Positions 30,301-40,169 of a stretch of 64,000 nt of DNA are shown here, in pieces; the first letter of the stretch is position 1, and each line of letters opens with the position of its first letter. The notes under the pieces were generated by a model. That model was not told where the DNA came from. It searched no databases and was given only the letters and a program-made list of their open reading frames with translations. The DNA comes from Promethearchaeota archaeon (lineage in GTDB: Archaea; Asgardarchaeota; Lokiarchaeia; Sigyniarchaeales; SOKP01), in contig JBHLOY010000001.1 of assembly GCA_048939995.1 (NCBI GenBank), positions 288,001 through 352,000 of the forward strand, read 5' to 3'. Made by a program: the position numbers and the translations under genes.

Positions 30301-30588
30301 ATGTCAGAAGAGCTAATAGAAACAAAAGATGGACTAAAACTTCGTAAATTGGCTGAGTTAAAGACCTCGACAGCAAAAGAATATGAAGATGCGATGTTAA
30401 ATCGAGTAGAATACTTTAAGAAGAAAAATGAAGCAAAAAGCGGATTCAACAGTATTTTGCAGAACACATTTTTTAAAGCCTTCAGTTCTGCTTTAGATTT
30501 TAAGATAAACATAGATAAAGCCATAGGAGAGGAAAATTTAAAAAAAATTCATGATGTAATAGACAACATCCTCTTATTTGGCTTATAA
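30301..30588 (+). CDS. Hypothetical protein translationally coupled to tes
   Basis: ATG immediately after tes TAG; GAGGAGG upstream. Confidence 0.75.
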   Translation: MSEELIETKDGLKLRKLAELKTSTAKEYEDAMLNRVEYFKKKNEAKSGFNSILQNTFFKAFSSALDFKINIDKAIGEENLKKIHDVIDNILLFGL

Positions 30589-30787
30589 ATTACTTTTTGA
30601 TACTTTTTTTATTTTATTTTGATTTTCCTTTTAATTCATATTATTATGTATTAATTTCCCTGTAATGATAATAAATATATTTTAAAGGAACTTTATGTTG
30701 TAAAGATCTTCTCATCTTCGATTTCTGTTTAAATTTAATTTTATTTCCAAAACCTATTTTTGAAATAAAATTTTAAATTAGATTATT

Positions 30788-31870
30788 ATGGTATTTAATT
30801 TCTTTACCTTACCTATTACTATCCTTTTTATTATAAATGGATTTATTCAATTATACTACGCAATTAGGTTAAGGAAGAAGTTTGCTCAAAAACATAATTT
30901 TCAAAATTCTATTTTGGTATTTTTTTTATGGATCATTGCAGGGGTCCTATATCCATATTTCTATTTAAGAGAAACTTTCCAAATCAGGTGGTTTCAGGCG
31001 TTATCAATGCAAATTATTTGCATTTACGCCCCACTTCTTATTCTTGGGATATTATTCTACCAATATCAGTTTGTGGTCAAGAAAAATCAAGATTTAAAAT
31101 TAGAGAGAACTATTGAGTCCTTTCAGAACAAAATGATTTTATTATATAATGAGAAGGTGAATAATAAGAATTATCCATTAATTACTGATTTGCATAGAAA
31201 GGCTTTTCATTTAATTCCAGCAGTAGTTATAATTTTTTTGTGGTTTTTTGCGGTTTATCTTTGGGATGGAATTTGGAATGCTGATCTTTTTTGGGGGATC
31301 ACTGGTGAAGAATATGGTATTTTTTTAATTCTAACTGTAGGATATGCCGGATTAATTATATTTGCAGCATTAGACTATATTCGATTATCATATATATTTG
31401 AAAATAGGAGCATATATCACCTAATGCCAAAATCTGTTTCAAATTTATTAGTAAAAACGTTAAAGCCTAATGAAATCTATGAGTTCACTAAACCAGTTGC
31501 GTTAGTATTATCATTTGTACCAATTTTTTTCTTACCAATTAGTATATTTTCAGCTGCTGCCCTTATATCTACTTTGGGAGATGCTGCAGCATCTATCTTT
31601 GGGATATGTTTCGGTAAAAAGAATTTCCCTAAATCTAGTAAAAAAACTATAATCGGATATGTTGCAGGATTTTCCTCTTCATTTATATGTAGTTTATTAG
31701 TGTTTTGGATATTTGAACCCTTACTTTCAGTAATAAAGTTAATGATTATAGCTCTTAGTGGAGCATTAGTTTTTTTAATAATAGATCTAATGAGTCTAAA
31801 AGTCGATGATAATATTCTAAATCCAATATTTTGTGGGCTAGTTATGGTTCTTCTCTATTTATACATTTAA
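30788..31870 (+). CDS. Polyprenol/dolichol/phytol kinase-like (CTP-dependent) membrane protein
   Basis: RKAFH, GDAAASIFG, KKTIIG, DDNI. Confidence 0.82.
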   Translation: MVFNFFTLPITILFIINGFIQLYYAIRLRKKFAQKHNFQNSILVFFLWIIAGVLYPYFYLRETFQIRWFQALSMQIICIYAPLLILGILFYQYQFVVKKNQDLKLERTIESFQNKMILLYNEKVNNKNYPLITDLHRKAFHLIPAVVIIFLWFFAVYLWDGIWNADLFWGITGEEYGIFLILTVGYAGLIIFAALDYIRLSYIFENRSIYHLMPKSVSNLLVKTLKPNEIYEFTKPVALVLSFVPIFFLPISIFSAAALISTLGDAAASIFGICFGKKNFPKSSKKTIIGYVAGFSSSFICSLLVFWIFEPLLSVIKLMIIALSGALVFLIIDLMSLKVDDNILNPIFCGLVMVLLYLYI

Positions 31871-34776
31871 AAAAACGCATCAATCCTTTTAATCCCACGT
31901 ATCTCATCATAAGTTATACCAAGAGCATCTAAAATTTGTTCTAAAGCCGATTGCAGCCGCTCTTTATACTTTTTTGAATCTATATCTTGAAGACTTGCTA
32001 TCTGTTTTGCTTTAGCACCCACACTTCCTCTTGTAAGTACAATACTGATTGTCTCTCCTTTTTGATATTTTTTCCCCGTAATTTTTTCTACTTCTAATGC
32101 GGCTTTTACATGTTGAGGAACTACTTTATATCTATCTAAGGGTTTCTGTAGCGTCATATTTATTGCATAATCGTCCAAGGTAAATGTTTCGGGTTTTCCA
32201 ATTTTTTTTAAATTTTCTCTGACATTTTTTATTATCTCCTCCCTAGCCTGCTTAAATTCTTCTTTATTGGTGACATTTTTAAGAATTTCTAGTAACTCAT
32301 TAAAAACCTTTTTAATGAACTCAGGTGTATTTCTTTTCTTCGCAACTAATCCCTTAACATCGATATATTTGGTATCTTTATATATTCCTAAATAATTCTT
32401 TTTCCTTTGGGAAAGTGCTAAAAATTGATAAGTCTTCTCTTCTTCTAGGTCTAAATCAAGCTCATTTCTGCTCCAATCAGAGATTTGCTTCATTTGCTGC
32501 TTTGTAGGGTTTAATAAAAAAACAGAATCTGTGTCACCATATAAAACTGTTACTCCTAGTTCTTCAGCCTTTTTAATTGTCTGTTTAATGGAATATTGGC
32601 CTATTCCAGTGGTGCTTTCAGCTACAGGTAAACAAAAGAGAGGGAAGTTTTGACTTCCAAAAACACCATAAGATCCATTTATAAAAACTTTAAGCGCTTG
32701 CTGAATTGTTTGATAATAACTTCTCTGTTTTTCAGATAAAGTTTTATCTCCTGATTTAGGCTTAAAGTATTTAACTCTAATATCACGGAAGAATCCAACT
32801 ACATATGCAAATATTCCTTTTCTATGTGTGCAAATATGATAAGGTGTACCTTTTACAAGATTGTCTTTATCGTCCTTATGTGGACATAATACCGTTTCAT
32901 AAGATAAATTATATTCTTTAATTATTGAAGGATATAGGGACGCAAAATCCATTACTACTACATTAAAATGAATTCCTGGTACAGGTTCAACCACATAGGC
33001 TCCTAAGAATTTATCATCATCGAATTTTGACATTAATGCCCCTCCTTTCTTTGATTCAGAAATCTCAGCCCTTCTTGGAATCAGATATCCTTTTCTTCTG
33101 TGCTCAAAATAGAAGATATTTTGTATCCAAGTTGAAATTTGACGTCGAACCATTTCATGGATAGGCATTTTTGTTATTCGACATAATAGGACTATCAAAT
33201 TCCAAACTAACGAATTGTTGAATTGAGTCAATTCCAACGTTAAAATTGAATCTTTAAGGTTGTACCAAGAGAGGATATCATATTCCATTTCATGGATTTC
33301 TTCTTCATGTTCATATTTTTTCCTGCCTAATAACGCCGCACTTATTGCATTAAGTGAGGCGCTTTCATATGCTCCTCCAAATGCATATCCTGAAATACTT
33401 CGGTTAAAGAAAAAATTGAACAAATCTATGTGAATTCCCTTTCTTAAATCACAATCTGATTGCGATAAGAGTCCAAATCCCCTTTTAACATGAATTGGAT
33501 TTATACTTCTTTTTATTTTTAATTTATTTGCCCTATGAAACATATAATTTAAATCAAAATTATCTCCATTAAATGTAATAATAATTGGGTATTTCCATAA
33601 AATTCTAAAAGTTTCTTTTATTAATTCCTTTTCATCTTTAAAATAAGCAATCCTAGCATCAACCGGAAATTCCTTATGAGGTTTACGATAAAAGAAGCCC
33701 TCACGTTCTAATACATATACCAATTTAAGTCCATCATTAGACGCAAATGAAACACTGATAATTGCTTGATTCGCAAGTTGAGGATCAGGAATAATTATAT
33801 CTTCCTGTTCTAAGTTCACTTCAATATCCATTGCTAACAGCTTGACTTCTGGAATTGGAGTAAGAAAAATATCTAGAAAACGATCTGAGAATTCTTGGAT
33901 TTCTTGGGATTCGTCTTTAAATAGACTACGTAATTCATTAGCAATTTTTTCAGATTCTGCTGTTTCTTTTTCAAAGCTCACTCTTTCTAATTTACCATCT
34001 TTAATTTTATAAATTAATCCAGGTATCAGTTGAGTATCAAAGATATAATTCAAATGATATCTAATATCTGCTTCCCATGCTTTAATTTCATTTTTTCCTA
34101 ATATGTTTTTTATATTTAACCCAGATCCCCCGATATTCGTAGGTGTCTTACCATATAGCTTAGTCATCCTTAAGCTTTCATCTTTTATTAAATCATAGCG
34201 CTCTATCTCTTCAAATCTCTTAAATCCATCATAATCAGTTAATTTTTTTTCTATTACATGTTCATTAACCTTCTCTTCATAATAAATATCATTTAAATTC
34301 GAAATTGTTTCTTTACTTAGACAATATGGTTCATGTCCAGTTGTATCAATCCATATTTTTATGTCATCAGAATCTAAATCATAAAATTTACAGTAAGCTT
34401 TATTTTGACCCCCGTCATAGTCAACATCAAGTAGCAACCCCCTTTCTAAATTTTTTACAATTTCACCTTTCTCAATTAAGTGACGAATATACTTTGAAGT
34501 CATTGATTCACGTAAGACCTTTTCTAATTTTATACCACCTATTTGCAATCCGATTGGCTCATCATCTGCTCTAAAAAATAGTTCTTTAGGAATCTCTCTC
34601 ATTTTAGACTCCTCAATTACTATTTCTTTCACATTTTTTTGCTGCCCTTCTTTCAATAATTGCTTTTTAGGAGGTTTTTTAGTAGCTTTTTTTTCTTTTT
34701 CTTTATTCTCTACAAAAGGAAAAAGAGATTTCTGTTTTTGGTCTTCCTTTTTATTCGATTTTTTCGAGCTGGGCAA
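31867..34776 (-). CDS. polB: Family B DNA polymerase (PolB1 type)
   Basis: Exonuclease DIE, FNGDNFD; polymerase DFASLYPS, K...N.SYG, YGDTDS, KKNYLG. Confidence 0.95.
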   Translation of the reverse strand: MPSSKKSNKKEDQKQKSLFPFVENKEKEKKATKKPPKKQLLKEGQQKNVKEIVIEESKMREIPKELFFRADDEPIGLQIGGIKLEKVLRESMTSKYIRHLIEKGEIVKNLERGLLLDVDYDGGQNKAYCKFYDLDSDDIKIWIDTTGHEPYCLSKETISNLNDIYYEEKVNEHVIEKKLTDYDGFKRFEEIERYDLIKDESLRMTKLYGKTPTNIGGSGLNIKNILGKNEIKAWEADIRYHLNYIFDTQLIPGLIYKIKDGKLERVSFEKETAESEKIANELRSLFKDESQEIQEFSDRFLDIFLTPIPEVKLLAMDIEVNLEQEDIIIPDPQLANQAIISVSFASNDGLKLVYVLEREGFFYRKPHKEFPVDARIAYFKDEKELIKETFRILWKYPIIITFNGDNFDLNYMFHRANKLKIKRSINPIHVKRGFGLLSQSDCDLRKGIHIDLFNFFFNRSISGYAFGGAYESASLNAISAALLGRKKYEHEEEIHEMEYDILSWYNLKDSILTLELTQFNNSLVWNLIVLLCRITKMPIHEMVRRQISTWIQNIFYFEHRRKGYLIPRRAEISESKKGGALMSKFDDDKFLGAYVVEPVPGIHFNVVVMDFASLYPSIIKEYNLSYETVLCPHKDDKDNLVKGTPYHICTHRKGIFAYVVGFFRDIRVKYFKPKSGDKTLSEKQRSYYQTIQQALKVFINGSYGVFGSQNFPLFCLPVAESTTGIGQYSIKQTIKKAEELGVTVLYGDTDSVFLLNPTKQQMKQISDWSRNELDLDLEEEKTYQFLALSQRKKNYLGIYKDTKYIDVKGLVAKKRNTPEFIKKVFNELLEILKNVTNKEEFKQAREEIIKNVRENLKKIGKPETFTLDDYAINMTLQKPLDRYKVVPQHVKAALEVEKITGKKYQKGETISIVLTRGSVGAKAKQIASLQDIDSKKYKERLQSALEQILDALGITYDEIRGIKRIDAFF

Positions 34777-34928
34777 TTTAATTACCGTTAAAAATTAAAT
34801 TTCACTTATTATTTAATAATATTCTAATCTTTATTATATTCTCAACTATTTTTAATTTAATAATCCCACCCTAAGAAAAAAGACTAAATATAACTTTAAT
34901 TAACTAGCTTTATTTAAAGACATAAAAA

Positions 34929-35288
34929 TTAATGAGGCATTCTATTTTCTTGAATGACTTTTTTTATCTCTTCTAAGAGGAGTTGCTTTTCAGCAATAAA
35001 CCAATGTAGTTTAGATTTCTCGGGATGTTCTTGGTAAATTATTTTAGCAATTTCTTTAACATCCTCTTCTTGAGGCTTAATAATTTCCCCATTTACATCT
35101 TCTCTTATTAATAATACTAAATTATCTGTTTCAAGGGGCTTAACGTCATAACCGTTTTTGATATTGTCATTAATTGTTACACATAATTCTGCAAGATACC
35201 ACACACTTTTATCATAATCCTCGTCGGTTTTATATCTCTGGTATGCCAATATCTCAACATCTTCTTTTGTAAACAAGTTTTTAAACAA
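34929..35288 (-). CDS. Hypothetical protein with two DUF2934-like motifs
   Basis: EDVEILAYQRY...WYLAE and EDVKEIAKIIY...WFIAEKQL. Confidence 0.65.
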   Translation of the reverse strand: MFKNLFTKEDVEILAYQRYKTDEDYDKSVWYLAELCVTINDNIKNGYDVKPLETDNLVLLIREDVNGEIIKPQEEDVKEIAKIIYQEHPEKSKLHWFIAEKQLLLEEIKKVIQENRMPH

Positions 35289-35519
35289 CTCCGTTATTTA
35301 TATAATTTTTCAAGGTAATATATTATCAAAAAAGATAATTTTACATTTAATTATTTGTATTCAAATAATTTCATTATTTAAAAAGCTCTCAATGCCCCAG
35401 ATTTATCATATTTAACCTTTATTCTTAATTCAAGCATTTAATCTCTATCAACAAAAAATCTTTTATACTAATCAAGTATAAAATAACTTTAATACTATAA
35501 AATTTGGTTAGTTTAAGGG

Positions 35520-36140
35520 ATGTTAAAATATAAAATCATTTTAGCTGGAGATAAAAATGTTGGGAAAAGTTCTCTTATAACAAGATTCTGTGATAATATT
35601 TTTAAAGAGGATATGAAAGCTACAATAGGTGTGGATTTCAAGAGAAAGGTGATTGATCTCAAGGGTAAACATAAAGATTTTTCTTTAGATTTAAATATAT
35701 GGGATTTTGGAGGTGAAGAAAAATATCGTACATTATTCCCATCTTATGCAAATGGAGCTGCAGCAGCTATGATATTATTTGATACGACTAATAGAAACTC
35801 TTTATATGGCATAGATAATTGGATAAGAATTATTCATGAAAATGCATTGGAAAACGTTGTAAAGATCATTATTGCAACAAAAATTGATCTAAAAAGTATC
35901 CGTGAAGTTTCTAAAAGTGATGCTACAGATTTCTGTAAAAAGTATAATTGGTTCGAAAATTTCATTAGTACTTCTGCAAAGACTGGAGAGAATGTCGAAG
36001 AAGCTTTTTTGCATGTGGCAGAAGAGATTATAAAGAATAATCTGCAATTTTGTAAGACTTGTGGAGAGGTCTTCAATCGAAAACTGAAACATTGTCAGCA
36101 TTGTGGAGAAAAAGTAGAAATGGAGATATCACCTCTTTAA
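35520..36140 (+). CDS. Rab-like small GTPase with C-terminal zinc ribbon
   Basis: GDKNVGKS, TIGVDF, IWDFGG, TKID, SAKTGENV; CKTC...CQHC tail. Confidence 0.93.
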   Translation: MLKYKIILAGDKNVGKSSLITRFCDNIFKEDMKATIGVDFKRKVIDLKGKHKDFSLDLNIWDFGGEEKYRTLFPSYANGAAAAMILFDTTNRNSLYGIDNWIRIIHENALENVVKIIIATKIDLKSIREVSKSDATDFCKKYNWFENFISTSAKTGENVEEAFLHVAEEIIKNNLQFCKTCGEVFNRKLKHCQHCGEKVEMEISPL

Positions 36141-36146
36141 ACTTTT

Positions 36147-36977
36147 TTATAAATCTTCTTCTTCTCTATTATAAAGAGAAGGAGGTGGTTTTGCTTTTTC
36201 TAATGGTTTACTTTTAATTCTATTAATGAATGCTTCAAGTTCCATTTTAGCGTTGATTATTGAATTATCTATCTCATCTTTAACTTCTTTTTCATCTAAA
36301 ACAGAGATTCCATGACTAGGATAAAAGCCTTTAATCTTTAGCGTGTTTAAAATCTCAAGTGAATCTATATACTCAGAAATTGAACCAGATTCATATATAT
36401 TTGTTATAGCCCCTTTAAATAAAGTGTCACCTGAGAATATATAATTTTGGTAAGGTTCGTATAGACATATGCATCCAGAGGTATGACCAGGAGTCTCAAC
36501 AACTTTTAGAACCGTATTACCTAAATCTATTATATTTCTATCCTCTAACCAAATATTAATACGAAGATCAGTTAAATCTATGCCCCATTTTTTGCCTTTA
36601 GTAATTAATTCATCACTATTTTGGATCTTTGCTGCTGCCCATCTATGGGCTGCAACGGGACAATGAAAGTAGGCATTAGAACTAATATGATCAAAATGCT
36701 CATGAGTATTAATAACTAAGTCAATATCTTCGATCTTTAAACCTACTTCTGTAGTAATTAAATAATTAAAACTGTTGAATTTTGTAATAATACCTGTATC
36801 TATCAATACGTTCAAATCTTCCCCTACAAGGAGATAAACATGGCAACCTGATCCTCCTGAATAAAATTGATATACATTTGGTCTTAATAAGTTTAAGGTA
36901 TATCCATTCTTCGTGCCATATAAGTCATCTTCCTTAATAAGTCGAGGTTTAAAATATTCGATATTGCTTGGAGTAAT
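36147..36977 (-). CDS. Metallo-beta-lactamase fold hydrolase (start extended to a probable ATT at 36977)
   Basis: THEHFDH, TPGHT, FSGD, PSHG; frame stays open 54 codons upstream of the tracked TTG and encodes VYQF...GCHVYLL. Confidence 0.85.
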   Translation of the reverse strand: MTPSNIEYFKPRLIKEDDLYGTKNGYTLNLLRPNVYQFYSGGSGCHVYLLVGEDLNVLIDTGIITKFNSFNYLITTEVGLKIEDIDLVINTHEHFDHISSNAYFHCPVAAHRWAAAKIQNSDELITKGKKWGIDLTDLRINIWLEDRNIIDLGNTVLKVVETPGHTSGCICLYEPYQNYIFSGDTLFKGAITNIYESGSISEYIDSLEILNTLKIKGFYPSHGISVLDEKEVKDEIDNSIINAKMELEAFINRIKSKPLEKAKPPPSLYNREEEDL

Positions 36978-37163
36978 GTATCTTCACTTTTTTAATTTAG
37001 AATTAAGTATTAACATTAATGAATAAAATAAAATATAAAAATCAAATCAATTCTTATAAGAAAAAACCAAACAGTTTTACATAAATGTTAGATCTCAACA
37101 ATTGCTCTAATCTATTTAGTCACTTTTAGATATTTCAATTTGAATACGAAAGTGAAGTACTTT

Positions 37164-37244
37164 ATGAAAAAGAAAGCATTAACAAAAAAAATCATTCTGC
37201 TCCTTCTAATTGCCTTAATAGTTTTAAACATGAATGGAAAATAG
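37164..37244 (+). pseudogene. Isolated signal-peptide-like ORF, possible truncated secreted-protein gene
   Basis: MKKKALTKKIILLLLIALIVLNMNGK* with GTGAAG upstream. Confidence 0.3.
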
Positions 37245-37290
37245 ATTATATTCACCAAATTTCTAATTTCGCATCAGCAAACTGTATTTG

Positions 37291-37345
37291 TTTAAAAAAG
37301 CTCTCAAAGCCACAAAATGATATCTTTGAGAGTCATTTTAAAAGA
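37291..37345. repeat. Degenerate hairpin-forming intergenic repeat, copy 1
   Basis: CAAAATGA.ATCTTTG.GAGT.A.TT.AAAAGA-like block shared with 38001-38051; internal CTCTCAAAG/CTTTGAGAG inverted repeat. Confidence 0.45.
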
Positions 37346-37916
37346 TTTTTATATAATGATCTGGCATTATAAGAGGGAAGACTATAGAAAAAATAAATAT
37401 TATACAAAATATACAAAGATAAATTGCTTTAATTTTAATAGCGAAGTACAAATAAACAACTACTGATATTGCCATAATAATTGATGCTATGGTATTAATT
37501 ACCAAAGGAAAAAAATCAAAACTATTCAGTAGAATAGAAATTATAGATAATCCCCCTGAAACTATTAAGTAGTTTCCATAATTCTTTTTGTTATATAACC
37601 CTATAATGATATTAGAAACTCCAAGACTAACAATAAGAATTATTCCTGGAACTAGTTTATGCCAAATCAACGAATATATTTCAAGAAATTGAATTTCCTC
37701 TGCTGATGGAAGTGATGTAAACATAATTGCAGGAATAAAAAAAAAAATAAAGTACCATACTGCAGCAAGAAATCCACTTAAAATGAACAACCAAGATTTT
37801 TTAACACTCTCGATTTTTTTCCTTAATAGAAATCCAGCAAATATGAGAATTGTGAAATCAACTATAAGAATAATATTAACGATATCTGGATTTGCAAGAT
37901 GATAGATGATTACCAT
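37338..37916 (-). CDS. Hypothetical ~6-TM membrane protein
   Basis: 192 aa, hydrophobic segments throughout. Confidence 0.75.
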   Translation of the reverse strand: MVIIYHLANPDIVNIILIVDFTILIFAGFLLRKKIESVKKSWLFILSGFLAAVWYFIFFFIPAIMFTSLPSAEEIQFLEIYSLIWHKLVPGIILIVSLGVSNIIIGLYNKKNYGNYLIVSGGLSIISILLNSFDFFPLVINTIASIIMAISVVVYLYFAIKIKAIYLCIFCIIFIFSIVFPLIMPDHYIKIF

Positions 37917-38000
37917 TGTTTACTAGTTTACCATGATTTAATTTGTTTATATTAGTTTAATTGATTAAAGAGAAGATTCTAAATAAGCTTTATTTACTTC

Positions 38001-38051
38001 TCAAAAAAGCCAAAATTCCAAAATGAGCATCTTTGGAGTTAATTTAAAAGA
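38001..38051. repeat. Degenerate hairpin-forming intergenic repeat, copy 2
   Basis: CCAAAATGAGCATCTTTGGAGTTAATTTAAAAGA resembles the block at 37310-37345. Confidence 0.45.
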
Positions 38052-38331
38052 CAAATGGCTATAAAGATCACGCAATAATTCCAAAATTATAAAATGCTTA
38101 ATTGATATAAAAGGCCATCAAATTCACGTATATCCATTTAATTACAACTTTCGAACTTAAGCTTTAAGTATTGTCATTCAAAAATAAAGAAAGTATACCT
38201 AACATCCTTTATTCACATCTTCCTTTTCAGATTATTTAACTATTCTATCAAATTTCTCAATAGGAATAATGATAAAAATCATAAAATTAAAATTTAATAT
38301 TGCCCTATCTTTAAATTATCATTACAGAAAT

Positions 38332-38433
38332 GCCTCCGTAGCTTAGCGGTATAGCGGCAGTATTTAAATTAATCTCTAATAATTGTTGATACTTGTAATC
38401 TGCAGGTCGGGGGTTCAAATCCCCCCGGGGGCT
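38332..38433 (+). tRNA. tRNA-Thr(UGU) with 30-nt intron (38361-38390) at position 30/31
   Basis: Acceptor GCCTCCG/CGGGGGC with U73; D-arm GCTTAGCGGTATAGC; anticodon arm GCAG^A-CTTGTAA-TCTGC after intron removal; T-arm GGGGGTTCAAATCCCCC; no encoded CCA. Confidence 0.93.
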
Positions 38434-38538
38434 TTCATTCTAAGACAAAGCTCTTTCTCAGATTGTTTTGAATATTATTTTAGACATATACTTAATTTAC
38501 CTAATCTTATAGAATTTAAAGACGGTACTTAAAATAAT

Positions 38539-40125
38539 ATGAACAAAATTAATAGAGTAATACTATGTATTATTGACGATGTAAGTTCAGAGCACTTCTT
38601 TAGCTTAATAAATATGGGAATCCTTCCAAATTTTGAAGAATTAATGAATAATGGAACCTTTTCAAAAAATTGCATAACTGATTTCCCAGCAATAACTTTT
38701 CCAGCTCAAGTATCAACAATTACTGGTACTTATACAGGAGATCATCGAAATGAATATTGCCATGGGGTTCCGATGTATGATTGGATGGACAGAAGCTACG
38801 TACCTCCTATTTTACGATCTTATGGAACATATGGTTCTAAAAAAAGAATTCAAATCTATAATATCAATGAAGATATGGGAGACAAATGTAGAACCTTAAT
38901 TGAAATGATCGATGAGGGAAATTCAGTAAGCATTCCTCAATTTATAAACCGAGGAACCAATTTTTTTTTCCCAGAAAGGAGACCAAAAATGATATTATAT
39001 TATCTTTTTATCAAATATTACCCCAAAATCAAGGAAATGCTTGTTAGAGCAAATACAATCATTATTAAAAAGCTATTAAGAACATTTGAAAATCCAAAAC
39101 ACTTTTTTGAGTCTAAAGAACCTCCTATTGTCTCACTTCTATGGTTTATGACCTCTGATTTGCTAATGCATATATTTGGTTACGATTCGTTGCTTTATAA
39201 GCTAAATCTTAGACATATTGACAAGGTTATCGGTTATTTAATCGAAGAGCTTAGCAAATTAGGTTATTTAGACGATACTTTAATTGCTATTACTTCTGAT
39301 CATGGAAATTACAAAACTAAAAAGATTGGAAACTTAGATACTTTTTTTAAGAAAAATAGGCTAACTCAATTTCATCCTCGTAAAAACCTGAAAGGGAATA
39401 TAGATTTAGCAGAATTCGGTGGATTAGGTTTTTTTTACTTTAAGGAAAATTATCCCCATTTAAATAAAGTTTGGATACCTCCTAAAATAGAAACACTTAG
39501 AACTTATGGTCCAAATGGAGTGAATCTATTCCAAGAATTATTTAAAATTGAAGGAACTGAATTAATGTATTACAGAGATTCTGAAAATTCGATAAATAAG
39601 GGGAGGATTTTTTTAAAGAGAAAAAAGCAGAATAAAGAAGGCTTTATTACAGGATTTATCGAATATGAGGGTAATTCTAATAATCTTAAAACAAAATATA
39701 GTGTTGGTGAGGATGTTGATCATGATATTTTCGGATACTTACATGATGAAAGTGCTATAAAATTGATGGATAATAAATATCATACAATCGATGAATGGCT
39801 AGAAGCAACTTATCATTTAGATTTTCCATTATATCCTGATCTATTAGTTAGACATTTTAAAAACCCTCGAAGTTCTGATATTATTATAAGTACTGAGGGG
39901 AGAATCGCCTATAACATAAAGCATGGTAAAAAAACAAGTAATAATTATTACTTACATGATATAGGTCTTAGAAAATGTTCTGTTGTGCCTTTAATATTAG
40001 CCGGTACTGATCAAATTCCAAAGAAAGAAATAACATATTGTAAAATAACTGATATTGTACCTTCTTTACTAAGAATGCTGGGAAAAACTCCACACAAAAG
40101 TGTCGTGGGGAGATCCCTTATTTGA
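38539..40125 (+). CDS. Alkaline phosphatase superfamily protein (nucleotide pyrophosphatase/phosphodiesterase-like)
   Basis: IIDD, FPAITFP (Thr nucleophile), D...H, TSDHG, HD. Confidence 0.85.
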   Translation: MNKINRVILCIIDDVSSEHFFSLINMGILPNFEELMNNGTFSKNCITDFPAITFPAQVSTITGTYTGDHRNEYCHGVPMYDWMDRSYVPPILRSYGTYGSKKRIQIYNINEDMGDKCRTLIEMIDEGNSVSIPQFINRGTNFFFPERRPKMILYYLFIKYYPKIKEMLVRANTIIIKKLLRTFENPKHFFESKEPPIVSLLWFMTSDLLMHIFGYDSLLYKLNLRHIDKVIGYLIEELSKLGYLDDTLIAITSDHGNYKTKKIGNLDTFFKKNRLTQFHPRKNLKGNIDLAEFGGLGFFYFKENYPHLNKVWIPPKIETLRTYGPNGVNLFQELFKIEGTELMYYRDSENSINKGRIFLKRKKQNKEGFITGFIEYEGNSNNLKTKYSVGEDVDHDIFGYLHDESAIKLMDNKYHTIDEWLEATYHLDFPLYPDLLVRHFKNPRSSDIIISTEGRIAYNIKHGKKTSNNYYLHDIGLRKCSVVPLILAGTDQIPKKEITYCKITDIVPSLLRMLGKTPHKSVVGRSLI

Positions 40126-40169
40126 TTATTAAATAATTTAAATTAAAAGCTTAATATACTACTCTAACA

